Positions 56,860-64,000 of a stretch of 64,000 bases of DNA are shown piece by piece; the first letter of the stretch is position 1, and each line of letters starts with the position of its first letter. The notes below the pieces were generated by a model. The model was not told the origin of the DNA and did not search any database. It was given only the letters and a program-made list of their open reading frames with translations. The DNA is from the human T2T-CHM13v2.0 reference genome, Homo sapiens: NCBI RefSeq assembly GCF_009914755.1, contig NC_060928.1. One strand, 5' to 3'. The translations under genes and the position numbers were made by a program.

Positions 56860-57450
56860 AAGGAGCAGGCTCCATGCATGCATTTGGGCTCTGTGGAAAA
56901 TCTAGCCAGGGATGCGGGCCTTTCTGAACGCCGCTTTCATTGTGCCCCCTGCAGCATTATCTCTTCAATGCGATGTCCCTGCTGACTGAAATGCAGAGAA
57001 GCTACTAAGATCCACACACCAGTTGCTGCAATCGGTGCCCTGCTGTTTGTCCCCCATTCACCCCAGGTGATTCAGCTCTTCTGGCACTCCCAGTGATTCC
57101 TGTGGGACAGGCCCAGAGTGGACTTCCCACGAAGATTCCCAGACTGGGGGAGAGCTCTAAGATCCACTTCCAATTCCTTTGTCTCACCTAGGAGACTCTG
57201 GGTTTATGGAAGTTCTCTCTGATTAGTGCTGTTGCAGCTGGGTTTGGGGGTCATGTAGTCTAAATGATTGTTTCTCTTACTGGTGGTGATTTTTCCAGTT
57301 TCTGTGGGCCCAGTGGATTTCTCTGCTTCTCCTTAGAGTTCTGGTGAACTCAGAATGTTAGTGTTATTCTTTTCTTTGAAAATAGTTTCCATTTGTAATT
57401 TGCTTGGAGAGTGATTCTGGGGGATTCTATTCTGCCATCTTGCTGCTGTC
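56860..57450 (-). mobile_element. Possible old L1M 5' UTR fragment
   Basis: Relatively GC-rich, ending ATTCTGCCATCTTG (CAAGATGGC on the minus strand, typical near L1 5' ends). Confidence 0.4.
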
Positions 57451-57784
57451 ACTCTTTAATAAGATTTGTAACTAATTCTCAAATTGTTCATAGTCTTAAA
57501 ACTACATAGAGTTGATTTCATACATTTTATTATGAGAACAATAAAAGTATTTTGTGTCTTTGCTAGTGAGATTTTTAGTTATACAGAAATTACAGTGTTT
57601 CCTGCTATGTTCAATCATTCCAAGATTCATTATACATATGTTAAATATGTTATACATTTGTTTACATAATGCATATTTTATTTTTTTTCTGAGATACCCA
57701 AAGCATAATCTCCCTCACTATCCTGAATAATTATAAATTAGTATTTCATATATGATAGAAAATTTGTGACATCCACTATTTTTA

Positions 57785-58144
<360 letters not shown>

Positions 58145-60189
58145 TCAATGTCTTTAATTAAAGTCTGTTTCTTTATCCTAATTTGTGTGGCAAACTAATA
58201 TTTACCATAATAAATGGCTTGAAGAATAAAAGTCAATTAGCGGCTATATTTGTTAAATGTTAAAGTATTTTATTTTGTCTAAGAGAGGGTTACAAATTAA
58301 AATATATTTAATAATAATCGCCTTAGTAATTATATCGATTTAAAATACATACTAGATAATATACTTAAATTTATTTTTGAGACTATGTCATTTTTGACAC
58401 AGTCAAAAACAAAACACCTTGTAGAGATGTCATATGATGATTATTCATGGTTATTTAAATGTAAATATCCACACATACACAAAAATGCCCAAAGAGGTCA
58501 TCGCAAAGGAATAAATTGCATCTTACTAAGAAGTAAACTTAGAGCTCAGGTCTATATTTTTATCAGAGAAAACAAAAATCAATATTTCAGTATGTGTCTG
58601 TGTGACTACAATACAGATTCATCATCACACATTTACCAAGTCTAATAACATCCACTTTGGGTTACTCTTACGTATTTATTTTTACAACTGTAAGATGTGG
58701 TAGAGCTTCCTCTTTTTTGAATGCTAGTCATTTAATATGTATTTTTTCCCCAAAATTCCTGCTTCTCAGGCCTTGGCGTTTTTTTTGTTTTTGTTTTTAA
58801 TACCAAGAGAATGCCTTTAGAGGAGCACTGAATATACAGAAAGCTCTGATGCCCCATTCTGACCAATTCACCTTTAACACTTCCTTTCTCATTCAACAAA
58901 TTCATTTAAATATTTTTGAACAATTGTGTACTTTTCAGGTTGAAGGAAACATATTTATTTTTAGGCAGGAAGACTGATGCAATAAATATTTATTAAAATA
59001 TTTTTCTCTCCAGGCTTAAACATGTCTGTCAGTTGATGAAATTCAGGGTAATCTTTGCAGGATGAATAAAATGACCTAGAGATTCTGTCAATGTTCTCAC
59101 TCTCCGTGACACATTTTTATGCCTAGCAGAGTCATAGACTAAATTCTTATGAATCAGTTTTATGAAATACCTTAATAGAAGATATGGTCTTCTTCTATTG
59201 TGATAATTCATGACAATATAGTAAATCAGAGGGAGCCATTACATCTTATCAGCAATATAGGAGCACCTCCCCTTACTGGCCAGCTATGCAGCTTCTACAT
59301 GATGTTAAATGATTGTGCATTTTGAAAACATCCTCAGAGAAAGCCTATACTTGGACATCTTTGGAGTTAACAGGTATTGTTAATAACTCACACAATAGTA
59401 AAACTCTGATGGATTGATTCTTGAATACTTGTTTCCCAGTCACAACAACAGTGTTCATTTTCCAACAGTAAATGGCAAAACAAAACAAGGCCAACTAACA
59501 CACTTCCAAACCAAAACCCACATACCCTGAGGTTCTCTGGTGACTCTTCAGAAGCAGATGGTCCACAGGAATAGACAACTCGGGATAAGCCAATATCCCC
59601 ACCGAGCAGACTCCTTCCGCCAAAGGACCTCAGAAAACTGCCTTGATCCAGAAGCCTCTAATTGCAATACGCTTATTTGCAAGTTTTTGTTCTTTATTCT
59701 CTATATTCTTTCCCCCTACTGGAAAAAGGTTCTGAATTTTTAGCAGATACCCCTCTCCTGAAGTCATAGTACTGCACGACTCATTGATAATGACCAGGTT
59801 ATGTGAATTCACTGTCACACCAGATGACGGAAAAAAGATCACTAAAGAAAAAACAACATGACTAATTCCACTTGAAGAGGTGAAAATACACTGTTACAAC
59901 ATGATACAAGATTACTAACCACTGAGTGAACAGTGTTGCAAGTTTGGATTGATCATATCCCCAGGAGGGGATGGTTTGTCCTTTAGCTTAGCCTGAAAGC
60001 CCACCAGATGCGGAACTAATGAAATAAAAAAGTACCTGGTGATAGCAAGGGTATGCATACGTGGGTTGAGGGTGGGGATGAGAACTTAAGCAGAAATCAT
60101 GACTTGCAAAATAGACTGATTTATTATTCACAAAATAAATCTATCAAACAAAACCATAATATACATGCCACACTATCTGTAATTAGATT

Positions 60190-60528
60190 TTTTAATATCA
60201 GCTTTATCAGACCCATATGCTCCAGGAAATCAAAGAACAACAGAAAAACTTCCCTCCATTTCTGCATGAACCCATGTACTCTAATGGTGAGATCACTGAC
60301 TAGTCCAGCACTTTGCCTATTTCCTGTATCTTGGAGAATCCTTGCCAAAACAAGCTTATGATTAACTTCAGCCTGTCAAATTCTAAAATAGCTTTTCCTT
60401 AGCTTCTCCTATGAAATACTCCGTGATCATTCATGTGTATGTCATTCTTTGCTGCAGCAGGCTACATAAACCTATGTCTTTTGAGTTACAAATATCTTCT
60501 CAGTGGTCTTTAGTTGGAGGATCTGTCA
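60190..60528 (+). mobile_element. Old ERV1-type LTR fragment (MER90/MER110-like)
   Basis: TTTGCTGCAGCAGGCTACATAAACC...CTCAGTGGTCTTTAGTTGGAGGATCTGTCA resembles that group's R-U5 end. Confidence 0.4.
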
Positions 60529-60736
60529 TTAGTTTAAAAAGGTAATTAGTTTTTAAAAATTGTTTTGAAAAAGATATAGATGAGATCCAACACTACCATT
60601 TCAAATTTTTGTTTAAATGGCTAGAGAATATTATATCGATTTATTTTACATAGTTTTCTCTTACAGCTTTTAATTAAATCTAGATCCTGGTGAGTGGAAA
60701 ATTAGACAGTTTTAGAGAATGAATAAAACAAAAATA

Positions 60737-61862
<1,126 letters not shown>

Positions 61863-61868
61863 TGTTTT

Positions 61869-64000
<2,132 letters not shown>

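Overview
This is AT-rich, repeat-dense genomic DNA from a catarrhine primate, probably human. The evidence is AluY/S/J elements, L1PA, THE1, MER9 and a HERV-W LTR17. I find no credible intact protein-coding gene: the listed ORFs that I could assign come from Alu, L1, LTR, Tigger or low-complexity sequence. The window holds 18 Alus, several solo LTRs clustered at 18-27 kb, nested transposon stacks, a 5'-inverted (twin-primed) L1PA, and old L2/MIR/L4 relics. Three non-routine observations stand out. (1) A ~300-bp orphan copy of the GNL3 (nucleostemin) 3' end on the minus strand at ~20.03-20.33 kb, with no poly(A) tail or TSD. (2) A 205-bp copy of nearby unique DNA inserted at a 15-bp palindrome and flanked by a 24-bp duplication (55.3-56.3 kb), which looks like a template-switch scar. 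(3) Several smaller templated-insertion scars. Repeat family names and the GNL3 match come from recalled consensus sequences, not database searches, and boundaries of old repeats are approximate. I do not see evidence for a new biological system.
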